A DNA stretch of 64,000 bases. Source: Oculina patagonica (Eukaryota). Shown in pieces: positions 17,701 through 30,938 of the stretch. The stretch spans positions 1,860,001 to 1,924,000 of the forward strand of contig NC_135765.1 of NCBI RefSeq assembly GCF_052425735.1, in the 5' to 3' direction. The notes under the pieces are model-generated. The model had not been told where the DNA came from, made no database searches, and saw only the letters and a program-made list of their open reading frames with translations. The first letter of the stretch is position 1. Every line of letters begins with the position of its first letter. A program made the translations under genes and the position numbers.

Positions 17701-20700
17701 TATATATATATATATGTATAATAGACTTTATAAAACTATGGCACAATTCGACAACACCTTTAGGTCTATTAGTAAGGACTGTTAGTAAACGAACGTAAAC
17801 GAATTCATATAGCCAATATAATCCTCATGGACTCAATATGATAGGACTAGTAGTATTGTTAAGTTTTTTTTTTATATATATATACACACAGTATAGATTT
17901 TGTATGTAGTGTAGGTATTGTTAGTGTTATTTGTTTGTTTGTTTGTTTTTTTTTTCTTTTACTGTTTGTAACGTGAGTTTCTGCAAATAAAAAAAAAAAA
18001 AAAAAAAAAAAGAGAACACTCTTGTTCTCTTTTGGTTTATAAATACCTGTTTGATATTCATGTACCTTTGTAAATTATTACTTTGAGCGTTTTTTTTTTT
18101 TTGACATTGTACAAATGACTAGACTGAATATGACATTACTCCTTAGTGCAGTAGAACAAGCGGACATTTGAGATTCTCACCTGATCTCCTTCTCAGCTTT
18201 CCTGATCTTAGCGTCCAGTTCATCGCCTTCACGCTGAAGCTCTTCCTTCTCTTGAGCTGCTTTGATGACGTAATAGGCTTGAGACCTCTCCTCCTCCCCC
18301 TCGGGAGGCGCCATGGAGATCATCAGGATTTCATACCTAGTTGATCAAACATGAAGTATGTTATTAGCGATAATTTAGAGCACAGGAACATTCTGTTGCA
18401 GTTTCTTCAGTCAGTCAGTCAGTCAGTCAGTCAGTCAGTCAGTCAGTCAGTCAGTCAGTCTGTCAGTCACTCAGTCAGTCAGTTCAGTTCAGTCAGTCAG
18501 TCATTCAGTAAGTCAGTCAGTCAGTCAGCCAATCAGCCAGTCAGTCAGTCAGTTCAGTCAGTCAGTCAGTCACTCAGTCAGTCAGTTCAGTTCAGTCAGT
18601 CAGTCATTCAGTAAGTCAGTCAGTCAGTCAGCCAATCAGCCAGTCTGTCAATCATTCAGTCAGTCAGTCAGTCAGTCAGACAGTCAGTCATTCAGTAAGT
18701 CAGTCAGTCAGTCAGTCAGACAGTCAGTCATTCAGTAAGTCAGTCAGTCAGCCAATCAGTCAGTCAGTCAGTCAGTCAGTCAGACAGTCAGTCAGTCATT
18801 CAGTANNNNNNNNNNNNNNNNNNNNNNNNNNNNNNNNNNNNNNNNNNNNNNNNNNNNNNNNNNNNNNNNNNNNNNNNNNNNNNNNNNNNNNNNNNNNNNN
18901 NNNNNNNNNNNNNNNNNNNNNNNNNNNNNNNNNNNNNNNNNNNNNNNNNNNNNNNNNNNNNNNTCATACCTTTTCCGTAGTTTGTCGATCTTGGATATCC
19001 GTTCGTGTAGTTCAGAGCTGTGGGGAAAAACAAAATCAATTACACAAATAAGTCATGGCAAAAGTCACGCAATACTTACAAGGGTCTGGCAAGTCTGTCA
19101 CACCACACAACACTTGCGTGACAACTAAAAAAATCGCTTGTGAAGGAGACAGGTGAGGGACTGGGTTACCTGACAGTTTGCCTTTCCTCTTCAGAAGATT
19201 TGATCTGTGCTTTCAGCATGTCTTTGTGAATGTCGATTTCATGACGGCGCTGCTTCATCGCCTACAAAACACAAAACGACAAGCGTCATGTACTTCTATT
19301 TATGAACCCAGAAATAATGCTTTAAAACTTGCAGAACAGTACCCAACAAATGACAGGAACCCATAAGAAAGACAGGGTGACTAACGATGGCGAGGATGGA
19401 AATGGATTGCAATAAGGACAAACTTGAAAACGCGAGGTTTGTATGAAGGAAACCCAACAATAATGGTTTTATTTAGTAGAACAGTACTGGAGAAATGACA
19501 GGAACCCATTAGGAAGTAAGGATGACAAACGATGGCGAGGATGGAAATGGATTGCAATATGGACAAACTTGGAAACTTGAGCCTTGCGTTTCTTTGAATT
19601 TTCGCAAAAATCTTGTTCTAACATACATGCAGATTTCCTTTTTAAAAAGTACTTTCTGAACTGATACTATTTTTTTTTTCAGTTTTAGAGGCCTGTTCCA
19701 CTTACAGAGAAATGATATCAAGTGAAAGTGTTGACGTACCGTCTCTAATTGAAGTTTTCTCTTCTCCAGATTAAGCACGTTGTCTGCCTTGTTGCTAAGC
19801 GTTTCTCTAAGGCGCTTGATCTCCAGCTTAAGAATGTTCTCATCCACCATAAGATTCTACAAAGAAAGAACATAACAACACCAGTCATTCACTGGTCACT
19901 TATGTCAGTAGCTAGTACTCCAAGAGAAGTTGCATGGTTTGTAACTAAGGTATAACGACTACAGGACGACAGTTATGCGTAAATTGGGAAACTCTCTATT
20001 CTGGATGCTTATCTAACCACATCCTATAAAAAGTACACTTCGACTCGTTGCTTGTAAGTATGAAAGAAAGTACAAACAAGCGAAAAAGAAATACGTGCAC
20101 CTACGTAAAAAACATAGGCACGCTAAGCGTGCAGGAGTTATTTTTTCAATTTATGAGGTGGCTTGGGGTGAAACTGGGTGATTGTCCTGTTGGGATGGTT
20201 TATGCCATGGGTTGAGCTATTTGTGGATGGCGCCCCACGGAGTCACTTTTTTGCACAAAGTTTGCTTGCAAACAAAATAATTTTTACATGCATTTTGATT
20301 CATCAGAACTGTTTTATTTAATACGGAAATTTTCATCATTTAATTAAAAAACAAAACTAATTCAATTGTCAAAATGTCACAAAATGGCACGTTCTTATTC
20401 TGTTTAAAGCGGTTATTTTGTTGCTAGCTTTGTAGCAACCGTAACGGATTACTTTTGTTTGTTACGGAATACTTTTGGCTTTTTGCCAAACACTGTAACA
20501 TGATACCGTTGTTTTTCTCACTTTTGTAACGTGATACCTTTGTTTTTTTAAAACGAACGTAACACGATACCCTTGTTTTTCTCGAAAAAGCCACGTCTTC
20601 ATAGACATTGAACGAAAAGTACTTTAATAAACCGCGAAGTAATAAACGAATCAAATAAAAAAACCACTCTCTTCGGAAAAGTTCTTTAATGCGCAGTACA

Positions 20701-23700
20701 CCTGGAGTATTTGTTTCCTGTCAAAACTGTTCAACAAAGATTTTCGTTTATTCACAACGTAAATTCTATTCAACAAACAAGAACTAATTGAGTTATCAAG
20801 TTGTCACGAAATGGCACGCTCTTATTCTGTTTTCGCTATCGATCGTAGTTGCTTTTAACAGTAAAGTTACTTGTACCGGTTCAATGTTTGAACGAAATGT
20901 TAAATGTTAAATGTTTGAACGAAATGTTTTACAGTTGATTTCATTTTACTTTGGCCGCCCGCTTTGCGAAGTTTTTTGGGAAATTGGAAACTTTGTTATG
21001 AAGTTGCCAATTACGGTGCGAGTTTGCGAATCAAATTGCAAACATCGATACAAACTTCCCGACTTCGGCCCGACTGAACTTTCCAAGTTTGGTAGTTGAG
21101 GAGAAACAAGACATGTTGCTCGAAAGTCATGGCGATTTCTGAACTCGAAGATTTTAGAACTTGTCAAGGAAAGTAGCTTGAAGTGCAAGACAACGTTTCG
21201 CATCAGCGATCACGCAAGTGATTTGCCGATAAATAAATATCATGCATGTAGAAATTTGGTCAAATTTTAACTTTTTTGTATGAAAACACATATTTAACGA
21301 TTTCTGTGAGGCATAATCTTCACTGTCTTCAATTTCAAGTCTTCTGCGTTTGTAAACCGGATGAAACTGGATGGTTTACCCATATGTAAAATTGATTTTA
21401 ATCGAAGCCGACGCGACGCGACGCGACAGGGAAGACTAATTTGTTCGAGACAACATGTTTACGGCTCGCTAACAATAAAAGTTTATTATTTTTATGACAT
21501 TTATTTCCAACAGTTTAGCGTAGCAAAGCCCTTTTTGATAACATAACTACAGAAGGATTTAATAAATTCGGGCCGAAGTTGGGAATTTTGTATCGAAGCT
21601 CACAATTTGATTCGCAAACTACGAATACGTTTCAAATCCATGATAATTCACAACTCACCAATTAATCTTTCAATGAAAACGAACTGCGACACGCTGCGAC
21701 ACATAATTTCGTCAGATTACTTCGCCTTTATAAACTGCAATTTGATTGGTTCTGATAGTACCTGAAATCTGATTGGTGTGACAAACAAACATACTTCACT
21801 GACCCACTGACCCACTGACTGAGTCACGGAACATCGCGCCGACTAAAGAGCTATTTTGAAAAAATAACTCAATGACAAACAGCTATGAACAGATATTAAT
21901 GAGGAAAACTGTTAAATATACCAACCTGTTTCAAGGCCACCACTTTCTTTCTTTCTCTCTCCGAGCTGTCATTGTGAAGATTTAATTCCTCTGTAGAAAT
22001 AAAATCGAAAAATACATTTAAAGTTTTAAACATTCATTTCCATAACGTACATATAGATTACACGGACAAATACCCTTTCATCTCCAACAGTGATTAACTT
22101 CTATCATCTCACTAAATCATTACAACAAATATCCCAAGAACGGTAAGGAGAGTCTAGGTTCTGATGCCTGCACTTACCAATCTTGCTTGTAAGAGTTTCC
22201 ATTTCTTCCTTTCCTTTATTCAAGTCTCGGTTAGCTCGTCGAAGATCGTCCTGTGAAAAAAAAGCATTTTAATTTAAAATTAAATGGAGGTAATTACTAC
22301 TTTTTAAGATCAAAACTAGCGATATAAGCAAGGAACAACGTTTCGCTGTCTAGTTTTTCATATTAAAATGTTTTACTTAAACATCTTTAATTCGAATGAC
22401 AACTTTAGCCATTACATACACTTACAAAAAAACTAACACAAGAAAACATGTAACCAGTCGAAAGTGCGGGATAATCTCAAAACTGTTCACAGCCCTCTAT
22501 ATTCTCGTAGATTTCTTCGATCGTTGAACATAGAAAAAATTGCAAGAGAGCTTGACGTCAGTGCAAAAGGGAGGCGCAAGGGATGGGGGTGGGTACCCCA
22601 TGCTTCGTGCTCGCTTTTTCTTCCGTGATCTTTTGTGTTGTAAAATAGAGAAGCTGTGATCAGCCTAGAGAATTGCACGTACCGAAGCGTGGTTTTGAAT
22701 TTTTACCTAAATGCTGTTAAAAAAAGACCTGATTTCAGTACAATGCAGTGAAGGCACGACGTTTTTAAACATTGTTTTTACCCAAATAAACAACTCAACT
22801 GTACACAAAAAACTAAAGCAATTCATATTAACTTCTTATAATTCGTTTTGAAACCGAACTCTCCACAGGAAAAGAAAACGGCTTTATACTTACGTTTAAG
22901 TTCTTCATCTGAGCACTGAGAAGTGTGTGAGTCGAGTTATGTTCATCCATTTGAGACATCAGTTCCTGTAAAGGAAAAAATTTAATCGATTTATATTTGG
23001 CAAAATCTAGTAAATACCATTTTATTTTTAATTTTTCACGTTGTAACTCAGTGTTCTACTGCAGAGGGTCTGGTCATAACATTAAAATGCGGAGTCGTGA
23101 TGGTATGGGGGACGAGGTTGATTTGTAGCCACTTCGCATCGCCCACTGCTATTGAATAAATAACGTTTTCTCGTTCAGAAAACGTCCATAGCCGCGTATT
23201 TCGACGTATTCAAGTCGTAAACTTTACCTTTATCCTAGCCTCAAGTTGCAGCTTCTCCTCATTGCTCCGCTCTCCCTGCATGCGACTTATTCTTCGTTCC
23301 AGTTGCTGCAGCTGGAAATCCTATAAAACACAACACAAACAAATTTTTCTAAAAAAACCCATCCCTAAATCGGACAGTTGGAACTGGTTCCAAGTGTGTC
23401 TTACAAGGGGAAGTTGTGGATAGAATGTTACACTAGAAGAACAATGAGGAAGATATTCCCTGTGTGGTACTCCCTATATACGGTGATGCTCTGCTTAAAA
23501 AAGGGTAAGTTTTTAAGGCTGCAGGATTATAAAAGGGTAGGGATTTTACGAGTTGGGAGTGTACAAAAGGGTAGGAGAAACTGTCATATAGGTATTTAAG
23601 AGCTTATTTATTTACCATTTTCTATTGAATGCACACGAAAAGGTTACCTTTTCTGTCAAAATGGTATATAAAAGGGTAAGCGTTTGGACCTCAGGGCAGA

Positions 23701-26700
23701 GTCTCCCTATCTAAAAAATGAAGACCCCCCCCCCCCCTCTCCCTGGGTGATATTCATCATCAGCAGTGTCATAAACTACTCTGACTTTTTTCCAGGGGAA
23801 GTTGACTGCGTACAAGTGCACATCTCACTCGGTCCTCACAGTTTCCAAAAACCTACCTGCATGTAGATGATTTCCTGTTGTTTAAGTGATTCCTGGTCTA
23901 GTTTATGTAGTTTACTACTCAGATTCCTGCTGGCAGCTCGAGCACCCTGATCACAATACAAAAATAGAAAGTTAGTTTAGAGAACAGTATCAAAACAGTG
24001 ACATTAAGAGGGCATAATAAGTAAAAGTTATGTACCTGAATTTCTGCTGCAGTGTTGTTTTCCAAAACTTTACATTGGTGTAGTTCTTCTGTTTTTCTAA
24101 ACTGAAATCGGAGATATAAAAATCAAATTTTGATTACCTTCTTATCATATTTATGCTTTTTTCTAAAATGAACATATTCAACAGACAAAATAAAAAGGGG
24201 AAATGATCTTCCCGCAATCAGAACAAAACAAAACGAAACATAATGGAGCCAGTTCAGAGGAAAGATAAGGTCACAAAAATTATGTTACTTTCCTGGTCGG
24301 CTAAAGTAAGAGCAGGTTTAACCATGCACAGAGTTATCAGATGTGACTGTTAAACTGACCTTGAAGGTAATATATGTATATAAACCTAAGAACCCTACCT
24401 GTGTTTCACGCAGTCTAGCCAGTTGCTTTTCCACATCATAAATCCTAGCTTCTTCTTCCTTTAACAGTGTGTCCATTCGCTGTGCCTTCTCTTCAGCAGT
24501 GAGGGTCTCATCAGTCACAATTTTCAGCTGTTCTCGCAAATCATCTCGCTCATTTTGGACTCTCTCAAGCCTGATAAAAAGTAATGCCAATTAGAGTGAC
24601 CTTGATATGATTTTAATACAATATACTTTCAAAGGCAACATTGTTCCAAAACATCTTCTTCCTTAAATGTGAGGTTTCGATGACATTCTTTCAAACAAAT
24701 CTTTATAGAAATTGAGTAAATCTTCAAGAACAAACACAAAATTTAAATCCGTGTGATTTTTCCTTAAAGATTAATTCTTGCTTGCTGTTACACATAATGA
24801 TGGAGAAATTGAGTAGTAATGTGAGGGGTGTGACACAAATAATAAAATATTAATTGTCATGTACAATACCTTTCTATTCTGTTTGTAACTTCCTTCTTGA
24901 GTAAGTTGTGTTTTTGTCTAGCACTATCAAGGTCCTTAGCTGTCCTATCCACAGTATATCTTAGAGTGTCAAGCTGGCAAAAAAGAAATAACAGAGAAGA
25001 CTTTTTAATCACTTAATATTAAAATAGCGTTCTGATTTGCCAGTGCAAACAGAGGCGTCATTCCCTTACGCTTATGACTAGTTCTGATTTATGCTAAGGT
25101 TTTCATGCTACAGTAGAACTCTGGAAACTAGAACACTGAAGGGAAACGAAAAACAGTTTTTCGCAGTTAGCGGGTTTCGAGTTTCACGGTCGATTGAGTA
25201 TTTTAATTTGCCAAGTGAGTAATTGATAGTTTACTGATTTTTCAGCACTTTAGTATTTAGTATGCAAATTGAACTTATTTTGTCAGAAACTCTAGATATG
25301 TCCAGGATTGAACGCAAATGAGATGCACGTTCCTCATAACAGGCATCACAGTGTCCTTATTAATAAAAGTTCACCAAAACGCACCAAAATCTGTCAAATA
25401 TGAAGTAATATGGAAATGTCAAATAACACAGTCAAACATGAAGTACTCATTAAACAATACCTGCGTTCAATCCTGGACATAAGTGAGAAACTCTAACAGG
25501 ATCATACATTTTCATGATAAGAGTGGGATTCTACTGTACATTTTTTGCTCCACCATTCACATATAACTCCGAGGGAGGGGCAGGAATGCTTGTTGCCTAG
25601 CTTAGGGTGTAAATTATGGATTTTGGTCTCACTTGGGTGTTCAAGACAGAACACCAATATTTATAGCCATCAAAGACTTATTTAGGGTTGTACATGAAGA
25701 AATAAAACGCTGTCATGCTGTGCTGGTGGTCTAGACTGAATAAGCATAGAAAATTATCTTACACACTTTGGGGTTCAAAAAGGCCTTTAAAGCCATGCCT
25801 GGATTGGTTTCCCTGCTCTTTTCATATGGGAGCCCCCACTCCTCCCCCAGTAGTACAATATTACTGTACCTCATCCTGGAATTGAATGCGGATTTGCTCA
25901 GCATCCTGGTACTCTAGTCGCAGTTTAGCTGCCTGTCTCTCCGCCACACCAACTTTCTTCTCCTTCTCTTGATTGTTTGCAAGCTCACTCTCCATAAATT
26001 TCTAAACAAAATACAGAAAGTGTTACTTTTCATACTGCAAACAAAAGAAGAAGGAAGTTTGGGAAAAAGTAACGAAAGTGATCATTAGGTCAGCATGAAA
26101 ATTCAAAAAATATACACTGTAGCGCTAAGGAAAAAATGAGTCTGGTCTGAAATTCACTTCAATCTACAAGAACCTATATGATATAATAATTGCACTTATT
26201 AATAATATGGTAGCAGGCATAATTACCTGTTTTTCTTGAACTTGTTCCTCTCTGTCCCTGACTTCCAGTTTTACCTCCGCAAGTTTCTAACGAAAAAGGT
26301 GATCAACTGTTTATTAGAGGAATAAACATAAATAAAAAGGCCGTTTGTTGACTGGTTTTTCTGTGTTTTTTTTTAAGTACAAAAACACTATTGCTTAGTT
26401 TTAGTCTATTGTAGCCATATTTTGTTCTTTTCAGGTTCCACAGAAATGATGCTAGGGTTCTGGGCCTCCTGGTTCCAGACTACTCCTGATATTTTTGGAG
26501 GGGGGTGGGGAAGACCTTTTCCCCTCAATTTGATGTACCAACCCAAAATCAGAAACCAGCATTCTACTTTAAAGAAAGAAAAAGAAATGGATGGCTTATG
26601 GGAAGCACTTACCACAGCCAGCTGGTCCATCTCTCTGTCTCTTTTCTGCATCTGTTCAATGGTGTTCTCCCACTGCCGCAGTAACTCTTGCCTCTCAGCG

Positions 26701-29700
26701 TGTGCCTTGCGGAACTCTTCAGCTGTCTTGTCTAATTCAATCTGCAGATTGTGGAACGTTGTGAGGATAGTTACATCACTAGTATGAATCTCTTATGTGT
26801 AAGACAGTCTGGGGAACAAGTGCCAGTTGATGGTTAGTTGATGGCGAGATCACTTCTCCGAGAAGTGACTGAGCCGGCGGTTTTCATCCCAGAAACTGCT
26901 AAGCAACATGACATATTAATATGGGCGACGGCTTTTGGAATACTTGTGAGCACTTGCGCTAGATTTCGATTGGATGAAATAATTCTGAAATTCTTCGAGT
27001 GTTTCAATGAAGATTTGCCAAAACTGGCACTTATTCCCATAACTGAAGAATAAAATTGACAATCAGAAAATGATTTTCCAGTGGTTTAAATCTGAGACTT
27101 TCCAAGATCCTGAGACTTCATATTTTAAACGTAGGTCTGAGATGTTATTGAGCTAAAAATATTTTGCTTCAAGCCTTTCTAAATTCCAAGGAGGATTTTG
27201 TTTAGGAAATTTGCTGTGAGCTACATAATATATTAGTCTATAAACTTCACTTGTACAAACATGTACATTTGATAGACCATCTAATGCACCACAGTTATCT
27301 TAATGTAACTGACCTGAGCTGTCATGGTAAGCGTTAGTTCATGCTCCAGTTCTCTTCTTTTCTTTGCAGCATCATCTGTCATTCTTTCCATCCTTAGTGT
27401 AAGTTCCTAATAATCAATGAATGAAGAAAAGTTGAAAAAACGGTCTTACTCTTTTATTACAGTGCTATGCACTGGAAATTTGCCATCTTTCTGAAAACAA
27501 CCCTATGGCTTTTGTCTCAACTGGCAAATGAATTAAAATGAAAAAGTGAGAATGGCTGAGCTGACAATATTGTTGTAGAGGGCATGGAACTTGATGATGC
27601 AGCCTTTCATAGTTCTTTAATTTACGAGCTGATTCCAGTTCAAACAAAGGCTTCAGATGTTTTATTCCTTATATCAACTAGGCTAGAAAGTTCTGCTGTG
27701 CAATTTCTGTTTTGCCCTATGGACCTACTAAGAAGCAGCAATAATTATATATTCACTAAATAATATATTCACTAAAAAGGATAAGGAAATAATTATTTAT
27801 TCCACGTGGTAGTTACTGACCTTCACTTTTCCTTCATCTGAGCGGGTGTACTTTTGGAGTGTCAATGCATCCTCATCTTTACGAGCTGATTCCTCTAGCC
27901 AAGCCTCCAGTGCCTTCTGGTCCCAGTTCATCTGGCTCTTAAGGTCCTCAAGACGCTGCGTATTCCTGAAAATGTTGTTCTAGCAAAAGAAAAGTTAAAA
28001 CAATAGTGAGGGCAGGGAACAAGATAGTTTTCAGAATATGGTTGTGTGTGAGAAAGCATTCAGCGCAAATGCTTGTAGTCTTTCTTACCTCCAGGATATT
28101 CCTTTTTTCAGTCATATCTTTTATTTCATTGCTTATTCTCCTGATTTCATTGTTGAGTCTTCCCTCTTCTCGCTCAGCTAAAGATGGAACAAAGGTTTAC
28201 AAATAAATAATTAAATAAATAAATAAATAATGGGAGTTTGCACTGGCACTTCCACAGAGTGGCGTTTCATCCACTGTTCTTGATCAAATTGGAATTTAGC
28301 CGTGTTGGTTTTTGAGGAGGAAAACCTGAGAACCGGAGAAAAACGCTCAGAGCAAGGACGAGAACCAACAACAAACTCAACCCACATATGACGCTGAGCG
28401 CCCTCACCACTGCGCCATCCCTGTAACATGTATGAGATTGGAAATAAAGTGATATTAACATCAATGTAATTTATTCCCTTGTTGATAATCGTGTTCATTA
28501 TTTCTTGTTGTGTCTGCATTTAACTATTGATTATTTTATATGATGAATTGCAACAACCAGTTTACAAGTTATTTAGTGTACAATAACTACAGTAGCCAAG
28601 AATATGTAAGAAGGATAATAACAGTCACAAATTAAAGCATTTCGAAAGAGTTACCAGCATGTACACAATGGAGACAAATTTGTCTGAGTTTACCTTAGGG
28701 CCTGATTACATGAGCCGGGCTGGCTCGGTTTGCCAAGATGACTTTCAGCCCGGTATTACATGAGCCCGGTTAGCCGGGCTGGCCCGGTTTGCCGAGATGA
28801 CTTTCAGCCCGGTTTCAGCACGAATTATCTTGATTACCTTTTTCCGGCAATTTGGTGGTTAAATCTTTTGCACTTATGCAGCTGGATGGGTTACTTTACC
28901 TCTACATCCTATTTAGAAGGAGTAGCATTGATTTTTTCGTCGGATATTGTCCTCGGAAGAGTAATTTAATGCTGGCCCGCTTAGCCGGGCTGGCCCGGTG
29001 AACGCGATTACATGGAAAATTTTCATTCCGGCTAGCCGGGATCCTGGCATCGCGATACCAGGATCTCGGCTAACCGGGCTGGCCCGGTTGTCATGTAATC
29101 GTGAAGATGATTGCTGTTGCGTTTAACAGACGTGCCGAGATCTCGGCTAACCGGGCCAGCCCGGCTCATGTAATCAGGCCCTTAGACTAGTAGATACAAT
29201 GTAAAATTTACATACCTATCTGTTTCATGTGATTTTCAGTCTCGATCTCTCTTTTTCTTGCATTAAGCAAATCCTGTTCACAACAAGTAATAAAAGTATA
29301 TTTGACCATCATTTATAAGAAAGCAACAGTTTGATGTGTCCAGTATTAAAAACCAACAACAAAAACAACATAAAGGCCTGCTTGTTAATCTAGTTTTGCT
29401 ACAAAGTTATTTTCTTCACCTGTGTATGCTGTAGTTCTTGTTGTACATTTCTGAGATGTTCACTCATAGCATAGATTCTGTCTGAGTGTTCATCAAGCTG
29501 TTCTTTATAAGATGTGACATTCTTCTGTGTGTCAGTTACCTTGAAAAAATAAAAGAGGTCATCAAACAATTGATCAATCAATCAATCAACTGGACAAAAA
29601 AATACAAAATACAAAAAGACAACCCCAGTTAAAAAATAAAATCATTCTAATTATTATAAAGGACTACGTTTAAAAGGGTTCTATGCATCCATAAAATTCT

Positions 29701-30938
29701 TCCAAGCATGACGTTTTATAGCAGCCTTAAAATTAGTCACATCTGTTAGAGTCAAACCCCAGGGGGGGGGGACTCCTATATGAAACGTACGGGGATGCTT
29801 GTCGGAAATTTTGAAAATAACCCCTAATCAATCTGAGTGTGGCTCAAGCTTTTCTTTACCCCTAAAAGATACCAAAAACTAAGAATATAATTTATATTTG
29901 TATATTTCGTCGTGTGTAACCCTAAACAAGACCATTATGGCTTAAAGTATTGCCGTTTTGCCCGGAACACCCTAAGCGAGACCAAAACTCCTAATTTACA
30001 CCCCTAAGCGAGACGACGAGTATCCCCGTCAATTTCATATGCGAGTCCCCCCGCCCCTGGGAGTCAAACTAGTCACATCTGTTAGAGTCCGAGGTAGTTC
30101 ATTCCAAAGCCGAGTAGCTCTGAATACAAATGACTACTGGCTGGTAGCTGTTTTGAATAGCGGTACATCCAACTTGTTTCTGTGTCTTGTTTGGCCAATT
30201 ACTTATTCAGTTACAGTGGTGGATCCAGGATTTTTCTTAGGAGGGATGCAACAATAAACCACATAGTTTTTTTGCAGAATACCAGTTGTATTAGAAAGCT
30301 GTAGGACCCCTCAGGGGGGGGGGTGCAAACCCCCTGCACCCTACCCCTAGATCCGCCCCTGATTTACCCTCAGTGTATTTCTGACGGGTTTCCCCAACAA
30401 TTTTTCAGTACTTAGAAGTTTTTCCATTTTTTTTTACTGAGTAGAGATGGGCACTGCTACAATTAAGTTTGTCTTGCCTTAGAACATAAGCTTAAGTCAA
30501 TCAAACCAGAGACCTCTCAACACAACGAACTACATTTCTTGTAGGCCAATACATTTGTAGTGAATACATTTTCCTTATACCAAGCCTACTCTAATTTATT
30601 TACCAACTTAACTGAAGGTAAGCCATATTATTGTGCTAAAATATACATTAAATTTAACCAGAAGCCTATCAGATAGGCTTCTGATTTAACATTATGGTGC
30701 CTATCACAAATGTATAAAAGGTGGAGAAACTATTGCTGTACATATTTTAGTCATGTCAGTAGGGCTTACATATACTTTGCAAGCAAATAATTGCAACAAA
30801 AAATCATCCATATCTGAGAATGATTATTTGTTTAATCACAGTAAAGCTTACCTCACTCTCCAGCTGTTTATTTTCGAGATTTGCCACTGGCATGGCGATG
30901 CCTTCATCGAAGTTCAACTCACTCGCAATGCCTTCCAT
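14705..30938 (-). CDS. CCDC39: Coiled-coil domain-containing protein 39 (axonemal 96-nm ruler)
   Basis: First exon [29 protein letters not shown] (30852-30938), followed by over 20 GT-AG coiled-coil exons. These include [91 protein letters not shown] and [21 protein letters not shown] Ser/Arg/Gly-rich tail ends at TAG 14705-14707. Confidence 0.95.
14852..15008 (-). mobile_element. tRNA-derived SINE in the last CCDC39 intron
   Basis: Minus strand GTAGCTCAGTTGGTTAGAGCG (A box) ... GGTTCGATTCCC (B box), followed by a non-tRNA body. Confidence 0.8.
15161..15600. mobile_element. Truncated PIF/Harbinger-like MITE
   Basis: TAA|GGGCCTGTTCATATG left end with internal AGGGT(T/C)ACCCT repeats. The right TIR is not evident. 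Confidence 0.45.
15699..16081. mobile_element. Kolobok-like non-autonomous element
   Basis: AGGGACTAGGGCACG...TAGGTAATT at the left end and AATTGCCTAAAATTGCGTGACATAGCCTCT|TTAA at the right end. Confidence 0.65.
17328..18007 (+). mobile_element. 5'-truncated L1/Tx1-type LINE (ORF2 C-terminus, 3'UTR, poly-A), antisense in a CCDC39 intron
   Basis: 15-bp direct repeat AAAAGAGAACACTCT at 17313-17327 and 18008-18022. Frame 17329-17421 reads [30 protein letters not shown], resembling L1/Tx1 ORF2 ends. AATAAA runs into a poly-A tail. Confidence 0.8.
18408..18805. repeat. (CAGT)n microsatellite running into an assembly gap
   Basis: Degenerate CAGT tetramer array. Confidence 0.97.
18806..18963. other. 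Assembly gap (N run), intronic
   Basis: The flanking CCDC39 exons (..[16 protein letters not shown] | YEILMISM..) join in frame, so no coding exon appears to be missing. Confidence 0.95.
19333..19571. repeat. Intronic tandem duplication, period about 145 bp
   Basis: AAATGACAGGAACCCAT...AACGATGGCGAGGATGGAAATGGATTGCAATA.GGACAAACTTG occurs twice. Confidence 0.85.
20074..21879 (+). mobile_element. Helentron/DINE-like non-autonomous element
   Basis: 5' palindrome GCACGCTAAGCGTGC (20118-20132). Sub-terminal GAGTTATTTTTTCAA (20135-20149) is inverted to TTGAAAAAATAACTC, which is part of a 3' hairpin (21848-21870). Short ACAA/CACTGAC repeats lie before the 3' end. No TSD. Confidence 0.55.
25111..25536. 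mobile_element. Degenerate Tc1/pogo-type MITE
   Basis: TA|CAGTAGAA...TTCTACTG|TA. Confidence 0.6.
28200..28423 (-). mobile_element. tRNA-derived SINE (Meta-domain-like) with an internal deletion
   Basis: Minus strand GGATGGCGCAGTGGTGAG (A box), TTTTTCTCCGG..GGTTTTCCTCC core and (ATTT)n tail. The B-box region is missing. Confidence 0.7.
28698..29181. mobile_element. PIF/Harbinger (Tourist-like) MITE
   Basis: TTA|GGGCCTGATTACATGAGCCGGGCTGGC...GCCAGCCCGGCTCATGTAATCAGGCCC|TTA, with internal AGCCGGGCTGGCCCGG repeats. Confidence 0.92.
29758..30061. mobile_element. MITE with CCCAGGGG...CCCCTGGG termini
   Basis: Inverted ends GGGGGACTC..ATATGAAA / TTTCATAT..GAGTCCCCC, flanked by an 8-bp direct repeat AGTCAAAC. 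Confidence 0.8.
30214..30361. mobile_element. Short MITE (CAGTGGTGGATC...GATCCGCCCCTG)
   Basis: Imperfect terminal inverted repeats. Confidence 0.6.

Noticed and set aside
18351-18614. SQSV-repeat ORF
   Set aside because: Translation of the (CAGT)n microsatellite.
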